A DNA stretch of 47,233 bases, taken from contig JACCVM010000026.1 of NCBI GenBank assembly GCA_013698135.1, positions 1 through 47,233 on the forward strand. The letters are read 5' to 3'. The position numbers and the translations under genes are program-made. Positions 35,679-45,070 of this stretch are shown piece by piece. Below the pieces are notes generated by a model that searched no databases, had not been told where the DNA came from, and saw only the letters and a list, made by a program, of their open reading frames with translations. Every line of letters starts with the position of its first letter. Positions within the stretch are counted from its first letter, which is position 1. This DNA is from Euzebyaceae bacterium (lineage in GTDB: Bacteria; Actinomycetota; Nitriliruptoria; Euzebyales; Egibacteraceae).

Positions 35679-36992
35679 TCAGCTCGCCGCGATGCCCAGT
35701 GGTGCAGCGGTGCCGCTGCCGGGATGGGCCTGCACGACCTGCAGGAGCATCAGGCGGCCGTCCCCGGCGATCCGGAAGGCGCTGATCGTGCCGTCGAAGC
35801 TGTTCAGCTGGTACAGGTACCTGCTGTAGCGGCTCAAGGCGAGGTCGCTGGCGCCGGTGTGGACCTCGCCCTCGGCTGGGTCGGCGGCCTTGGCCTGCAG
35901 TAGCCGTAGCGAGCCGTTGTCGCCGACGCGGTAGCTGGAGATCCGCCCCTCGCCGAAGAAGCTCGTGGTGTAGCCGTACTTACCGTCGTCGGTGACCACG
36001 AACCAGCAGGTGTCCGTGCCGCCGTTGTGCACCGAGCGGCTGGTCGCCCGCAGGCGGCCTCGGTCGCTGACGGTGTAGCCGGCGGCCGCGCCCCTGCCTG
36101 GGCCGAGGATGCCGTCGAACTGCTCGGTGGTGAGCAGGGCGCCTCGCTTGTTGAACGTGAACCCGAACGGGCCTTGCCCCGTCGCGTCGAAGATGCGCTG
36201 GCGACCGAGGGTTCCGTTGTCCTTGACCACGAAGGTGTTGATGACGCCCTCGTCTTCGCTGGCCTGTCCGGCGGTACGCGCGAACCGCTCCGTCACCACG
36301 AGCACGTCGCCGCTGGGGTCAAACGACACCTGCGCGCAGCCAGAATCGCGCTGGCCGGACAGGTGCCGTGTGGACCCGGGAATCGGCGTGAGCTGCCCAC
36401 CCGCGGTCACCCGGAAACCGGTGACGCTCGGTCGCGCCCCCTGCGTGCAGTTGAGTGGCGTCAAACCGTCCACGGTCTCACCACTGTTCAGCACGTAGAC
36501 GACGCCCCGGTTGACGGTGACGCTGACCGGCTTGGCGCCACCCGAGTTCTGCACCTCCACCAGCGCCAGCTTGCGGCGGTGGACCCGGAACACCGAGAGG
36601 TTGTCGCTGCCGGCGTTGGTGGCGAACAGCAGCCGCCCGTAGTTGAGCAGGTTGTTGGGCGCGGCCTCACCTCGGGCGGAGCCCAGCACCAGGCCGTTGG
36701 CCGAGTCCTCGAAGCCACCGGAGCCGGTGCCCTTCGTGGAGAAGCTCCCGGCGGGGGCCAGCGTGCCGTCCGAGCTGCGGCTGAACGCCACCACCCGGTT
36801 GCCGGCGGGGTCGTTGGACAGGCCGTAGACGGCGCCGCGGCGAAGGTCGACGTCGCTGCTCGTCCGGGGCCGCTGCCCACCAGCCTGCGCCGATCCGCCG
36901 CCGACGGCGAACAGGTACAAGCTGCCGGCCAGCAGGAGTGCCAACGCCAGTGCAATTCTTCGTGCCGGTGGTGCTAACGCAATGGTGCGCAT
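35679..36992 (-). CDS. Secreted 7-bladed beta-propeller (lactonase-like) protein
   Basis: ATG 36992 lies 6 nt after AGGAGG. Signal/anchor MRTIALAPPARRIALALALLLAGSLYLFAVGGGSAQA. The rest has repeated ...G.L......T.G.GP..F.F...G..L.V.N..S..ISVF... blade-like units. Confidence 0.7.
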   Translation of the reverse strand: MRTIALAPPARRIALALALLLAGSLYLFAVGGGSAQAGGQRPRTSSDVDLRRGAVYGLSNDPAGNRVVAFSRSSDGTLAPAGSFSTKGTGSGGFEDSANGLVLGSARGEAAPNNLLNYGRLLFATNAGSDNLSVFRVHRRKLALVEVQNSGGAKPVSVTVNRGVVYVLNSGETVDGLTPLNCTQGARPSVTGFRVTAGGQLTPIPGSTRHLSGQRDSGCAQVSFDPSGDVLVVTERFARTAGQASEDEGVINTFVVKDNGTLGRQRIFDATGQGPFGFTFNKRGALLTTEQFDGILGPGRGAAAGYTVSDRGRLRATSRSVHNGGTDTCWFVVTDDGKYGYTTSFFGEGRISSYRVGDNGSLRLLQAKAADPAEGEVHTGASDLALSRYSRYLYQLNSFDGTISAFRIAGDGRLMLLQVVQAHPGSGTAAPLGIAAS

Positions 36993-37088
36993 TCGATGCC
37001 TCCTGAAACGATCCGATAAGGACAACGATCACCTTGTCAGGAGGACGCTCAGGAGTCGAGCAAACGATGAAGTTGTTTCGCACACCGC

Positions 37089-37112
37089 AATATTCCAGCT
37101 AGATGTAATATT
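37089..37112. promoter_or_regulatory. 24-bp AT-rich imperfect palindrome AATATTccagctagatgtAATATT in the upstream region of the beta-propeller gene
   Basis: 20 of 24 positions are self-complementary. It is embedded in a ~170-bp stretch with about 47% GC (hand count of 100 nt), against roughly 70% elsewhere. Confidence 0.35.
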
Positions 37113-37195
37113 ACGATTTGGTGCTAAGCCTATCGGCGAAGTCAGCGCGATGCCGCAAAATGCCGCAAGCGACAGACCTTGGTGATGTGCATGCG

Positions 37196-37267
37196 AGGCC
37201 GGGGCGGGAATCGAACCCGCTCGTAAGGGATTTGCAGTCCCCTGCCTTCCCACTTGGCTACCCGGCC
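37196..37267 (-). tRNA. tRNA-Cys (anticodon GCA)
   Basis: Cloverleaf folded by hand. Acceptor GGCCGGG/CCCGGCC, D-stem with an A13-A22 mismatch, anticodon loop CTGCAAA, T-arm GCGGG-TTCGATT-CCCGC and U73 discriminator. CCA is not encoded. Confidence 0.9.
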
Positions 37268-37274
37268 GCCCGAA

Positions 37275-37326
37275 GCCGCCCTGCGGCGACCACACCTTGA
37301 TGGGCCGCCCTGCGGCGACCACACCT
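37275..37326. repeat. Perfect 23-nt direct repeat x2 (period 29 nt) immediately 5' of tRNA-Cys
   Basis: gccgccctgcggcgaccacacct occurs at 37275-37297 and again at 37304-37326. Each copy contains a small hairpin gccgc-cct-gcggc. Confidence 0.85.
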
Positions 37327-37390
37327 GGCGGAACGCGCGGCAGTGTCGCACACGCCCTTGGCCAGCGACAACGCGCCGGCGGCGGCGCGA

Positions 37391-37635
37391 TCAGCCCTTG
37401 CTGGCAGGGTCGCGCGACGCCTTGGCCGCCCGGCGCAGCACTTCACCCAGGAGCGTAGCCCACGCCACGACCCCCAGCACGGCCGCGCAGCCAGGCAGCT
37501 TGCGCGCCTTGGTGGGATCGAGCTTGCGGAAGCGGCCCCGCCGGGTGATGTATGGCGCGATCCGGTCGTCGGGGCTCAGCCGCGGCGCCCTGCGCGGTAC
37601 CGGCTGCCGCGGCGAGGACCCAGACCCTGGCTGCG

Positions 37636-37639
<4 letters not shown>
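37391..37639 (-). CDS. Hypothetical small tail-anchored membrane protein
   Basis: 82-aa ORF whose GTG overlaps the icd stop (GTGA). Third-codon-position GC is high, as in the real genes here. It has a basic N-terminus and one C-terminal TM helix ([21 protein letters not shown]). No family recognised. Confidence 0.4.
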
Positions 37640-38838
<1,199 letters not shown>

Positions 38839-39360
38839 GGCATTCTCCTGTGGATGGGGTTGGCCGAGGATAACGCCCATCGGGCTATCCGAGCCCAGCG
38901 GTGGCAGCCGCACACGCGGGAGGGTCGGGCGAGGGCCATGAATGGTCAAGAATGACGATGGTGTGACCGAGGCCAGGCCCGACCCTTGGGAAAGGACATC
39001 GATGTCCCGTCTCGGAGGCTGCCTTGAGAACTCGCCGTGCTGCTGCGCCGCGGCCCGTCCCCGGTACGCACGTGCCGCTGTGCGGCCACGGTGGCGACCC
39101 GGTCCGCGCCTTCCCGTCGGTCACCAAGGGCGACGCAACTCCCGCGAACGCGCTGGACGCGGACGCCGACACGGCCTCTGCGGGCTGCCTGGACGGCGGC
39201 ACCAGCGGGAGGCGCATCGAGGTGCCGCCGTACCAAAGGACCGAGCGAATCGCTACAGCACCATGCTGGCCACCATGCGCAACGTCCTGGTGGAGCTGAC
39301 GCCAACCTGAGCAGCGCCGGCGCCGGAGTAGTCCGCCATGTCGAAACAGAGACGCCCAGG

Positions 39361-39615
39361 ATGACATCGTCACCACCAAGCCCGCACGATGGCATCGTCA
39401 CCACCGAGCCCGCAGATATCGGCTCGCAGTACGCCGGCTATCTCTACGGCGACGACACCGCCAACCTGATCGACGGCAAGGCTGGTAACGACGAGCTGTC
39501 CGGTGGCGACGGCGACGATCGGGTGTACGGCAGCGGTGGCAACGACCGGCTGTTCCTCGGTCAGGGCATGGACAACGCCATCGGCGGGTGCGAGACCAAG
39601 GTCGCGGCGCCTTAG
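39361..39615 (+). CDS. Small protein with 3-4 RTX-type (hemolysin-type Ca-binding) nonapeptide repeats
   Basis: 84 aa. GKAGNDELS, GGDGDDRVY and GSGGNDRLF are consecutive GGxGxDxUx units. There is no N-terminal signal peptide and no clear RBS. Confidence 0.5.
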   Translation: MTSSPPSPHDGIVTTEPADIGSQYAGYLYGDDTANLIDGKAGNDELSGGDGDDRVYGSGGNDRLFLGQGMDNAIGGCETKVAAP

Positions 39616-39644
39616 CCGTCCACCCTCGCCCGTGCCGGCCGTTG

Positions 39645-39773
39645 TTATTGACCGCGCATGCCGCGGAACAGATCTCGGAACATGGTGCCGATCTCGAAGG
39701 CCGTCACGTCGAAGAAGCTAAGCACCACCAGGATCAAGACCGCCCAGAGAATTGCCTTCATGAAGTCGGACAT
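39645..39773 (-). CDS. 42-aa hydrophobic micro-protein (not in ORF track)
   Basis: MSDFMKAILWAVLILVVLSFFDVTAFEIGTMFRDLFRGMRGQ. GAGGTGG lies about 9 nt upstream. About 83% G/C at third codon positions despite AT-rich first and second positions. It lies 56 nt downstream of the PH-domain membrane gene on the same strand. Confidence 0.45.
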   Translation of the reverse strand: MSDFMKAILWAVLILVVLSFFDVTAFEIGTMFRDLFRGMRGQ

Positions 39774-39829
39774 CCTTTACCACCTCGCTGTTCTTGGTCG
39801 GGTGAGACTAGCCCAAACTGTCCCAAAGG

Positions 39830-40567
39830 TCACTCATCTAAGCGCGCCTCCATCGGATCGGGGATGCGGCCGAGCGCCCAATCCCGCTCGCGCAACGCCC
39901 AGGCGGAGACCTCCGACGGGTCACGCACTGGCCCGAAGTCGTGCAGCAGCTGGTCTTCGGTGGACACCGAGTCCACGCTGACCGCCCCGCGGTTGAGGAA
40001 CGGACCAACGAACGGCGCGGCCCGCACCGAGTCCAACGGCACCGGGGTCGTCCGCTTCAACAGGAACAGGCCTCGGGTGCGAAGGATGCGCTGGTGGTTG
40101 GTGGTCACCAGCATGTCGACGCGCCAACCGATCACCGCCAGCACGCTCCACGCGGCGACGTAGGTGACCACCGCCACGGCCAGCGCCTCGACACCGGCCA
40201 CCTGCCACAGCACCCAAGCGCTGATGAGCTCGGCGCCGGTGACCGCACCACCGGCCCAGCGGTCCGGCACCCGGCGGGACACCACGAAGCCGTGCGCGAC
40301 CGCCAGCACGGGCACGGACGCAGCGAGCGGCAGGTTGATGATGACCAGGAACGACACGGCGACACCAAGCAGGGGAAGCACCAGGTACAGCCAGTCGAGG
40401 TGGACGACGACGCGATGCCGCTCACCCCTGTGCCAAGACAGGACCGCGCGCAGCCGCCGTTCCTCGATGCGATCGAGGGCGGAACCGCCGACCCGGATCA
40501 CCTGGGTCCTACCGTCCTCGGCCATCCCGAACCAGCGGCTCCCGCGCCACCTGGGTGGGCCGGTCAT
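39830..40567 (-). CDS. Membrane protein with C-terminal bacterial PH (bPH_2/YdbS-like) domain
   Basis: 245 aa from ATG 40567. The longer track ORF would run into tRNA-Met. It has four hydrophobic helices, then ...TNHQRILRTRGLFLLKRTTPVPLDSVRA....GAVSVDSVS..., which is typical of DUF304/bPH_2. Confidence 0.65.
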   Translation of the reverse strand: MTGPPRWRGSRWFGMAEDGRTQVIRVGGSALDRIEERRLRAVLSWHRGERHRVVVHLDWLYLVLPLLGVAVSFLVIINLPLAASVPVLAVAHGFVVSRRVPDRWAGGAVTGAELISAWVLWQVAGVEALAVAVVTYVAAWSVLAVIGWRVDMLVTTNHQRILRTRGLFLLKRTTPVPLDSVRAAPFVGPFLNRGAVSVDSVSTEDQLLHDFGPVRDPSEVSAWALRERDWALGRIPDPMEARLDE

Positions 40568-40686
40568 CACGAGCTCCCATCGGGCAAACGGTGCAGCGGG
40601 CACCACGAAAGTAGCGGTCCGAACCCCTCGGGCCCGGGAACCTGGCCGCTCCACCGGCGCGGAGGCGTTAAGGGCTCCAGGTGTCG

Positions 40687-40760
<74 letters not shown>

Positions 40761-40878
40761 GGGCAGCGCTGAGGCTACAACCGCCGCCGGCGTGCGCCTG
40801 GGACAAGCACCGCCCGGGCTGGGCCCAGATGTCCCACCCTCGTGAGAGGGTCGCTGCATGGGCTAGCGGCGAAAGCTG

Positions 40879-41514
40879 GTGGAACGCGACGCCGCCCGAG
40901 CGCTGCGCTCGCAGGGCCTGACCATGCCCGCCATCGCCGAGCGCCTCGGCGTGTCCCGCAGTTCAGTGTCGCTGTGGACCCGCGACGTGCCGTTCCAGCC
41001 GCCCACCCGGCCAGACCGCCGAGCGTGGACGCCGGACCGCCGCCCAAGCGCTCTGCACCTGCGCAAGCTCGCCGAAATCGAGCAACTCCAGTCATGGGGC
41101 CGCGAAGAGGTTGGCAGCCTTTCGCGACGCGAGTTGCTGCTGTGCGGAGCGATGCTCTACGCCGGGGAGGGTGGCAAGCGGGACGGTTGCGTGAAGCTCG
41201 CTAACAACGACTGGCGACTCGTGGCCTTCTTCTGCACCTGGCTGCGGCAGTGCTTCGACATCGATGAACACCGGCTCCGAGCGCAACTCTACCTACGTGA
41301 GGGGTTGGACCTTGAAGCGGCCGAACAGTTCTGGTCGCGGGCAACCTCAATCCCTCGGAGCAACTTCGGCGTCGCCTACCGCGCCGTTCCCGATGCGACC
41401 ATCCGACACAGCAAGCATGTGCATGGCTGCTGCACCGTCCGCTACAGTTGCTCGCACACCCACCGTGCCGTGATGGGCGTCATCGCGGCCCTCGTGGACG
41501 CCGATCCGGGGTAG
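40879..41514 (+). CDS. HTH + single-motif LAGLIDADG-like (homing-endonuclease-like) protein
   Basis: 211 aa with a GTG start directly after an in-frame TAG. The N-terminal HTH is ARALRSQGLTMPAIAERLGVSRSSVSLW. The central LLLCGAMLYAGEGGKRDG resembles a LAGLIDADG helix ending in an acidic residue, followed by beta/alpha segments of I-CreI-like length. The last 10 nt, including the stop, overlap tRNA-Asn. Confidence 0.6.
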   Translation: MERDAARALRSQGLTMPAIAERLGVSRSSVSLWTRDVPFQPPTRPDRRAWTPDRRPSALHLRKLAEIEQLQSWGREEVGSLSRRELLLCGAMLYAGEGGKRDGCVKLANNDWRLVAFFCTWLRQCFDIDEHRLRAQLYLREGLDLEAAEQFWSRATSIPRSNFGVAYRAVPDATIRHSKHVHGCCTVRYSCSHTHRAVMGVIAALVDADPG

Positions 41515-41577
41515 CTCAACTGGCGGAGCAGGGCGCTGTTAACGCCAAGGTTGTGGGTTCGAGTCCCACCCCCGGAG
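41505..41577 (+). tRNA. tRNA-Asn (anticodon GTT)
   Basis: Hand-folded. Acceptor TCCGGGG/CCCCGGA, D-arm GCTC-AACTGGCG-GAGC, anticodon loop CTGTTAA and T-arm GTGGG-TTCGAGT-CCCAC with G73. Confidence 0.88.
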
Positions 41578-41581
41578 CGCT

Positions 41582-41615
41582 CAGCGGCCCCCGTTCACGT
41601 CGGCGGGGGCCGCTG
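41582..41615 (+). terminator. Strong GC hairpin 5 nt after tRNA-Asn
   Basis: cagcggccccc(g) ... (c)gggggccgctg forms an 11-12 bp perfect stem with a loop of about 10 nt. Confidence 0.55.
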
Positions 41616-41693
41616 CCGTTGGGCCGCATGGTTAGCACCTTGGGCGAGCGGGATAGGTAGCAACTGAACCCACGACCACGGGAGTTGATAGGT

Positions 41694-41966
41694 ATGAGAA
41701 AGAACTTGGGCGTGATTTCTGGCCTGGCTGTCGGCTATGTCCTGGGGACGAAGGCCGGTCGGGAGCGCTACGAGCAGCTCCGCGACCTCGGTCGTCGGAT
41801 CGCCGGCTCCGACGCCGGCCAGCAGCTGCAGGCCGAGGCCCGCCAGGTCAAGGATCGGGCCGGTGCGGTCATCGGCGGCAAAACCAACGAGGGCGTCGCC
41901 AAGGTCAGCGAGCTGATCCACAGCGACGACGAATCGGCGTCGGGCACCACCCCACAGTCCATCTGA
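41694..41966 (+). CDS. YtxH-like small stress-type protein (N-terminal helix, K/E/Q-rich tail)
   Basis: 90 aa from ATG 41694. LGVISGLAVGYVLGTKAGRERYEQL matches the YtxH-type N-terminus. TTG 41685 is an alternative start. Confidence 0.6.
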   Translation: MRKNLGVISGLAVGYVLGTKAGRERYEQLRDLGRRIAGSDAGQQLQAEARQVKDRAGAVIGGKTNEGVAKVSELIHSDDESASGTTPQSI

Positions 41967-42016
41967 TCCCCGCCCGCCGGCCCGCCTGACGGCTGGCCCA
42001 CCCTGGCTGAGTCGGG

Positions 42017-43045
42017 CTAGGAGTCGAGATAGCCGCGGAGCTTGCGGCTGCGCGAAGGATGACGCAACTTCGACAGCGTCTTCGACTCGATCTGGCGGAT
42101 GCGCTCGCGGGTGACGCCGAACTCGGCGCCGACCTCCTCCAGCGTGTGCGGCTGACCGTCGGCCATGCCGAACCGAAGCCGGATCAACCTGCGCTCCCGT
42201 TCCGACAGGCTGTGCAGAACCCCGGCGATCTCCTCCTGCAACAGGACCAAGCTAGCGGCGTCGATCGGCACCACCGCCGCGGAGTCCTCGATCAGGTCCC
42301 CGATGCTGTGCTCGTCCTCGCCGACGGGAGTTTCCAGGCTGATCGGCTCCTGTGACACCTTGATGATCAGCCGGACCTTGTCGGCAGCGAGCTCCATCTG
42401 CGCAGCGAGCTCCTCGGGCGTCGCCTCGCGCCCGAGCACCTGCAACAGTTCACGTTGCACGCGGGTGAGTTTGTTGATGGTCTCGACCATGTGCACCGGA
42501 ATGCGGATGGTCCGCGCTTGGTCGGCGATGGCCCTGGTGATGGCCTGCCGGATCCACCACGTCGCATAGGTCGAGAACTTGTAGCCCTTGGTGTAGTCGA
42601 ACTTCTCGACCGCTCGGATGAGACCGACGTTGCCTTCCTGAATGAGGTCCAGCAGCACCAGCCCCCGCCCCAGGTAGCGCTTGGCGATGGACACCACGAG
42701 GCGGAGGTTCGCCTCCACCAGTTGGCGCTTGGCCTGCTGGCCTCCGCGTTCCAGGCGGCCCAGCGAGGCCTGCCACACAGCTGACGGTGGGGGGTCGCGG
42801 TGCAGGAGCGCGGTGCTGGCCAGCCCCGCCTCGATCCGCTTGGCGAGGTCGACCTCCTGCTCGGCGCTGAGCAACGGCACCCGCCCGATCTCGGACAGGT
42901 ACAGCCGGACCGGGTCGTTGGCCGGCGTCGGCAGCGATAGCTCATCGAGCCGCCGGCGCCTGCGGTTCCCGGGCGCGGGAGCCCTTGGACTGCTCGCCGG
43001 CGCTGGGGACGGCGCACCGGCATCCGGGGTCGTGGTGGTGGTCAT
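42017..43045 (-). CDS. sigA: RNA polymerase sigma-70 family factor, group 1/2 (principal-type)
   Basis: 342 aa with regions 1.2 to 4.2, including [34 protein letters not shown] and [29 protein letters not shown]. It lies immediately downstream of dnaG. Group 1 versus group 2 was not resolved. Confidence 0.88.
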   Translation of the reverse strand: MTTTTTPDAGAPSPAPASSPRAPAPGNRRRRRLDELSLPTPANDPVRLYLSEIGRVPLLSAEQEVDLAKRIEAGLASTALLHRDPPPSAVWQASLGRLERGGQQAKRQLVEANLRLVVSIAKRYLGRGLVLLDLIQEGNVGLIRAVEKFDYTKGYKFSTYATWWIRQAITRAIADQARTIRIPVHMVETINKLTRVQRELLQVLGREATPEELAAQMELAADKVRLIIKVSQEPISLETPVGEDEHSIGDLIEDSAAVVPIDAASLVLLQEEIAGVLHSLSERERRLIRLRFGMADGQPHTLEEVGAEFGVTRERIRQIESKTLSKLRHPSRSRKLRGYLDS

Positions 43046-43064
43046 GTGGTCACCGCCTGTCGGA

Positions 43065-44948
43065 CTAGGCGTCCCTCCCCTCGACCAGATCGCGCCGGCG
43101 CCGCTCCAGCTCGTAGCGCCGGGTGGTCAGCCGCCGCCGCTGGGCCGGGTCGAGCTGCTCACCCACACGCGCCACCTGCTCCCAGATCGCGTCGATCTCG
43201 CGCTGCACCGCCGCTGCCCGCAATCCTGCCACCCATTCGGCGACCTTTTTTGCGTCCGCCGCGTGCCGGGCCTCCGTCAGCGCCAGCGCCCGCACCCGCG
43301 ATCGCGTGTCGTCGTCTGGAAGCAAGGCCAGCACGGCACCGAGGTTGCCCGGCGGTGCCTCGCTCAGCGCTTCGAACAACGTCCGTGACAGCGGAGCGCG
43401 GAAGTCATCAGCCGTGACCAGCTTCCAGGCGGCTGGCAGCAAGGCGGGCATCTGCAGCGCCGCTTGGAGCACCTCGCGTTCCAGCAGCAGCTGCGGGTCA
43501 GCATGGGTCGCCGCGGCGAGGTCACCCGGCAAGCGGTGCCCGGCGGTCGGCGCGGAGCTGGTCGGGGCGCCCGAGCCGCTTGGCGACGCTGCGGGAGCGA
43601 GCGGCGCGTCGCGGTGGGCGCCGACCTCGGCGTCGAGCTCGCGCTCGATGCGGTCGGCCGACAACCGCACGGCCGGGGCGACGAGGTCGCGGATGTAGGA
43701 GTAGCGCAGAAAGCGGTCGTCGAGCCGAGCCAGCAGCGGGAACGTCCGCCGGTAGGCGTCCACCTGACCCTCGGGAGTGCTGACGTCGGCTCCCCGCAGC
43801 AGGTGCTCGATCTGGAACTCCACCGCGGTCTTGACGCTTGCCAGCGCGGCCTCGACCGCCGCCTCGCCTTCCCCCGCCAGGTCTGCTGGATCCTTGCCGG
43901 GTGGCAGTGGTAGCACACCGACCTCTCGCAACTGCGCCTCGTCGGCCAGTGCGCGGGCACGCTCCGCCGCGGCGAAACCGGCGTCGTCGGCGTCGAGAGC
44001 CAGGACCACTCGGGGGGTGAACTTCTCCAACGCTCTGAAATGGTCGGCCGTCAGGGCGGTGCCGCAGGTGGCGACGGCGTGACGGATCCCCGCGGAGTGC
44101 AGGCCGATCACGTCCATGTAGCCCTCGACGACGAGCACTACCTGCCGCCGCGTGACCTCCGAGCGGGCCCAGTTCAGGGCGTACAGGGTCTGAGACTTCT
44201 TGTAGACGATCGACTCCGAGGAGTTGATGTACTTGGGCGGCGGCCCCTCCCGCGGCCCGGTCCGCAGCACCACCCCCGGCAGCACCCGCCCGCCGAACGC
44301 GACCACGTCCTTGCCGCCGGCGTCCAGGATCGGGAAGACGACACGCCCTCGGAAGCGGTCGATCTGTCCCCGAGGCCCTCGGCTGGCCAGGCCGGCGTCG
44401 GTGACCTCCTCGTCGGAGTAGCCCTTGCCCCTGAGGTGACGCACGAGCGCGTCCCACTGGTCGGGTGCCCACCCGAGTCCGAAGTGGTCGGCCTCGGCGC
44501 GTCCGAGGCCGCGACTGCGCAGATAGTCGCGGGCCGGCTCGCCATCCTCGGCCGAGAGGTGCTCGCGGTAGAACGCCGCGGTGTCGCCGAGCGCCTGCGT
44601 CAGGCGGGTACGGCGGCCCAAGGCCTTGGCCTGACCAGGGGACAGCTCGGCGTAGTGCAGCTGGAAGCCCACCATCCGGGCGAGCCGCTCCACGGCTTCG
44701 GGGAAGCTCAGCGCCTCGATCTTCTGCAAGAACCCGTAGACGTCACCACCCTCTCCGCAACCGAAGCAGTGGAAGTAGCCGCGGGCGGAGTCCACGGTGA
44801 ACGAGGCGGTCTTCTCGGCGTGGAAGGGGCACAGTCCCTTGAGCGTGCTGCCCGCCCGCTTCAGGGACGTGTAGTCCCCGACGACCACGGCGATGTCGGC
44901 CCGCTCGCGGAGCGCCTGGACGTCCTCGTCGTTGATGCGGCCGGCCAC
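43065..44948 (-). CDS. dnaG: DNA primase
   Basis: GTG 44948 follows GGAAGGAAG. Zn-finger [13 protein letters not shown]....[11 protein letters not shown] and TOPRIM segment VVEGYMDVI. The 66-codon upstream extension in the track was rejected. Confidence 0.93.
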   Translation of the reverse strand: MAGRINDEDVQALRERADIAVVVGDYTSLKRAGSTLKGLCPFHAEKTASFTVDSARGYFHCFGCGEGGDVYGFLQKIEALSFPEAVERLARMVGFQLHYAELSPGQAKALGRRTRLTQALGDTAAFYREHLSAEDGEPARDYLRSRGLGRAEADHFGLGWAPDQWDALVRHLRGKGYSDEEVTDAGLASRGPRGQIDRFRGRVVFPILDAGGKDVVAFGGRVLPGVVLRTGPREGPPPKYINSSESIVYKKSQTLYALNWARSEVTRRQVVLVVEGYMDVIGLHSAGIRHAVATCGTALTADHFRALEKFTPRVVLALDADDAGFAAAERARALADEAQLREVGVLPLPPGKDPADLAGEGEAAVEAALASVKTAVEFQIEHLLRGADVSTPEGQVDAYRRTFPLLARLDDRFLRYSYIRDLVAPAVRLSADRIERELDAEVGAHRDAPLAPAASPSGSGAPTSSAPTAGHRLPGDLAAATHADPQLLLEREVLQAALQMPALLPAAWKLVTADDFRAPLSRTLFEALSEAPPGNLGAVLALLPDDDTRSRVRALALTEARHAADAKKVAEWVAGLRAAAVQREIDAIWEQVARVGEQLDPAQRRRLTTRRYELERRRRDLVEGRDA

Positions 44949-45070
44949 CGGCTTCCTTCCCCGACAACACCCGGCAGTGTATGTCCCGCACGCGGGGGCG
45001 CGGGCGGGAACAGCGGCGGCATGGCTCAGCCTGTGGACGGCGCCTGGGCTCCCGGCGCCCTTACCGAGGC

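Noticed and set aside
35679-37267. Integrated mobile element at tRNA-Cys
   Set aside because: There is no integrase or recombinase. I could find no second copy of the tRNA 3' segment downstream. The neighbouring genes (msrB, pspC) are housekeeping. Only the AT-rich flank is suggestive.
37275-37326. Possible CRISPR-like array (direct repeats 23 nt)
   Set aside because: There are only two copies, separated by a 6-nt spacer, and no cas genes. No other regularly spaced repeats were seen in the window.
39024-39299. 91-aa TTG-initiated ORF as a bona fide CDS feature
   Set aside because: It has a good RBS and codon bias at first, but the bias moves to another frame before the stop and no family was recognised. 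It is reported only as a finding.
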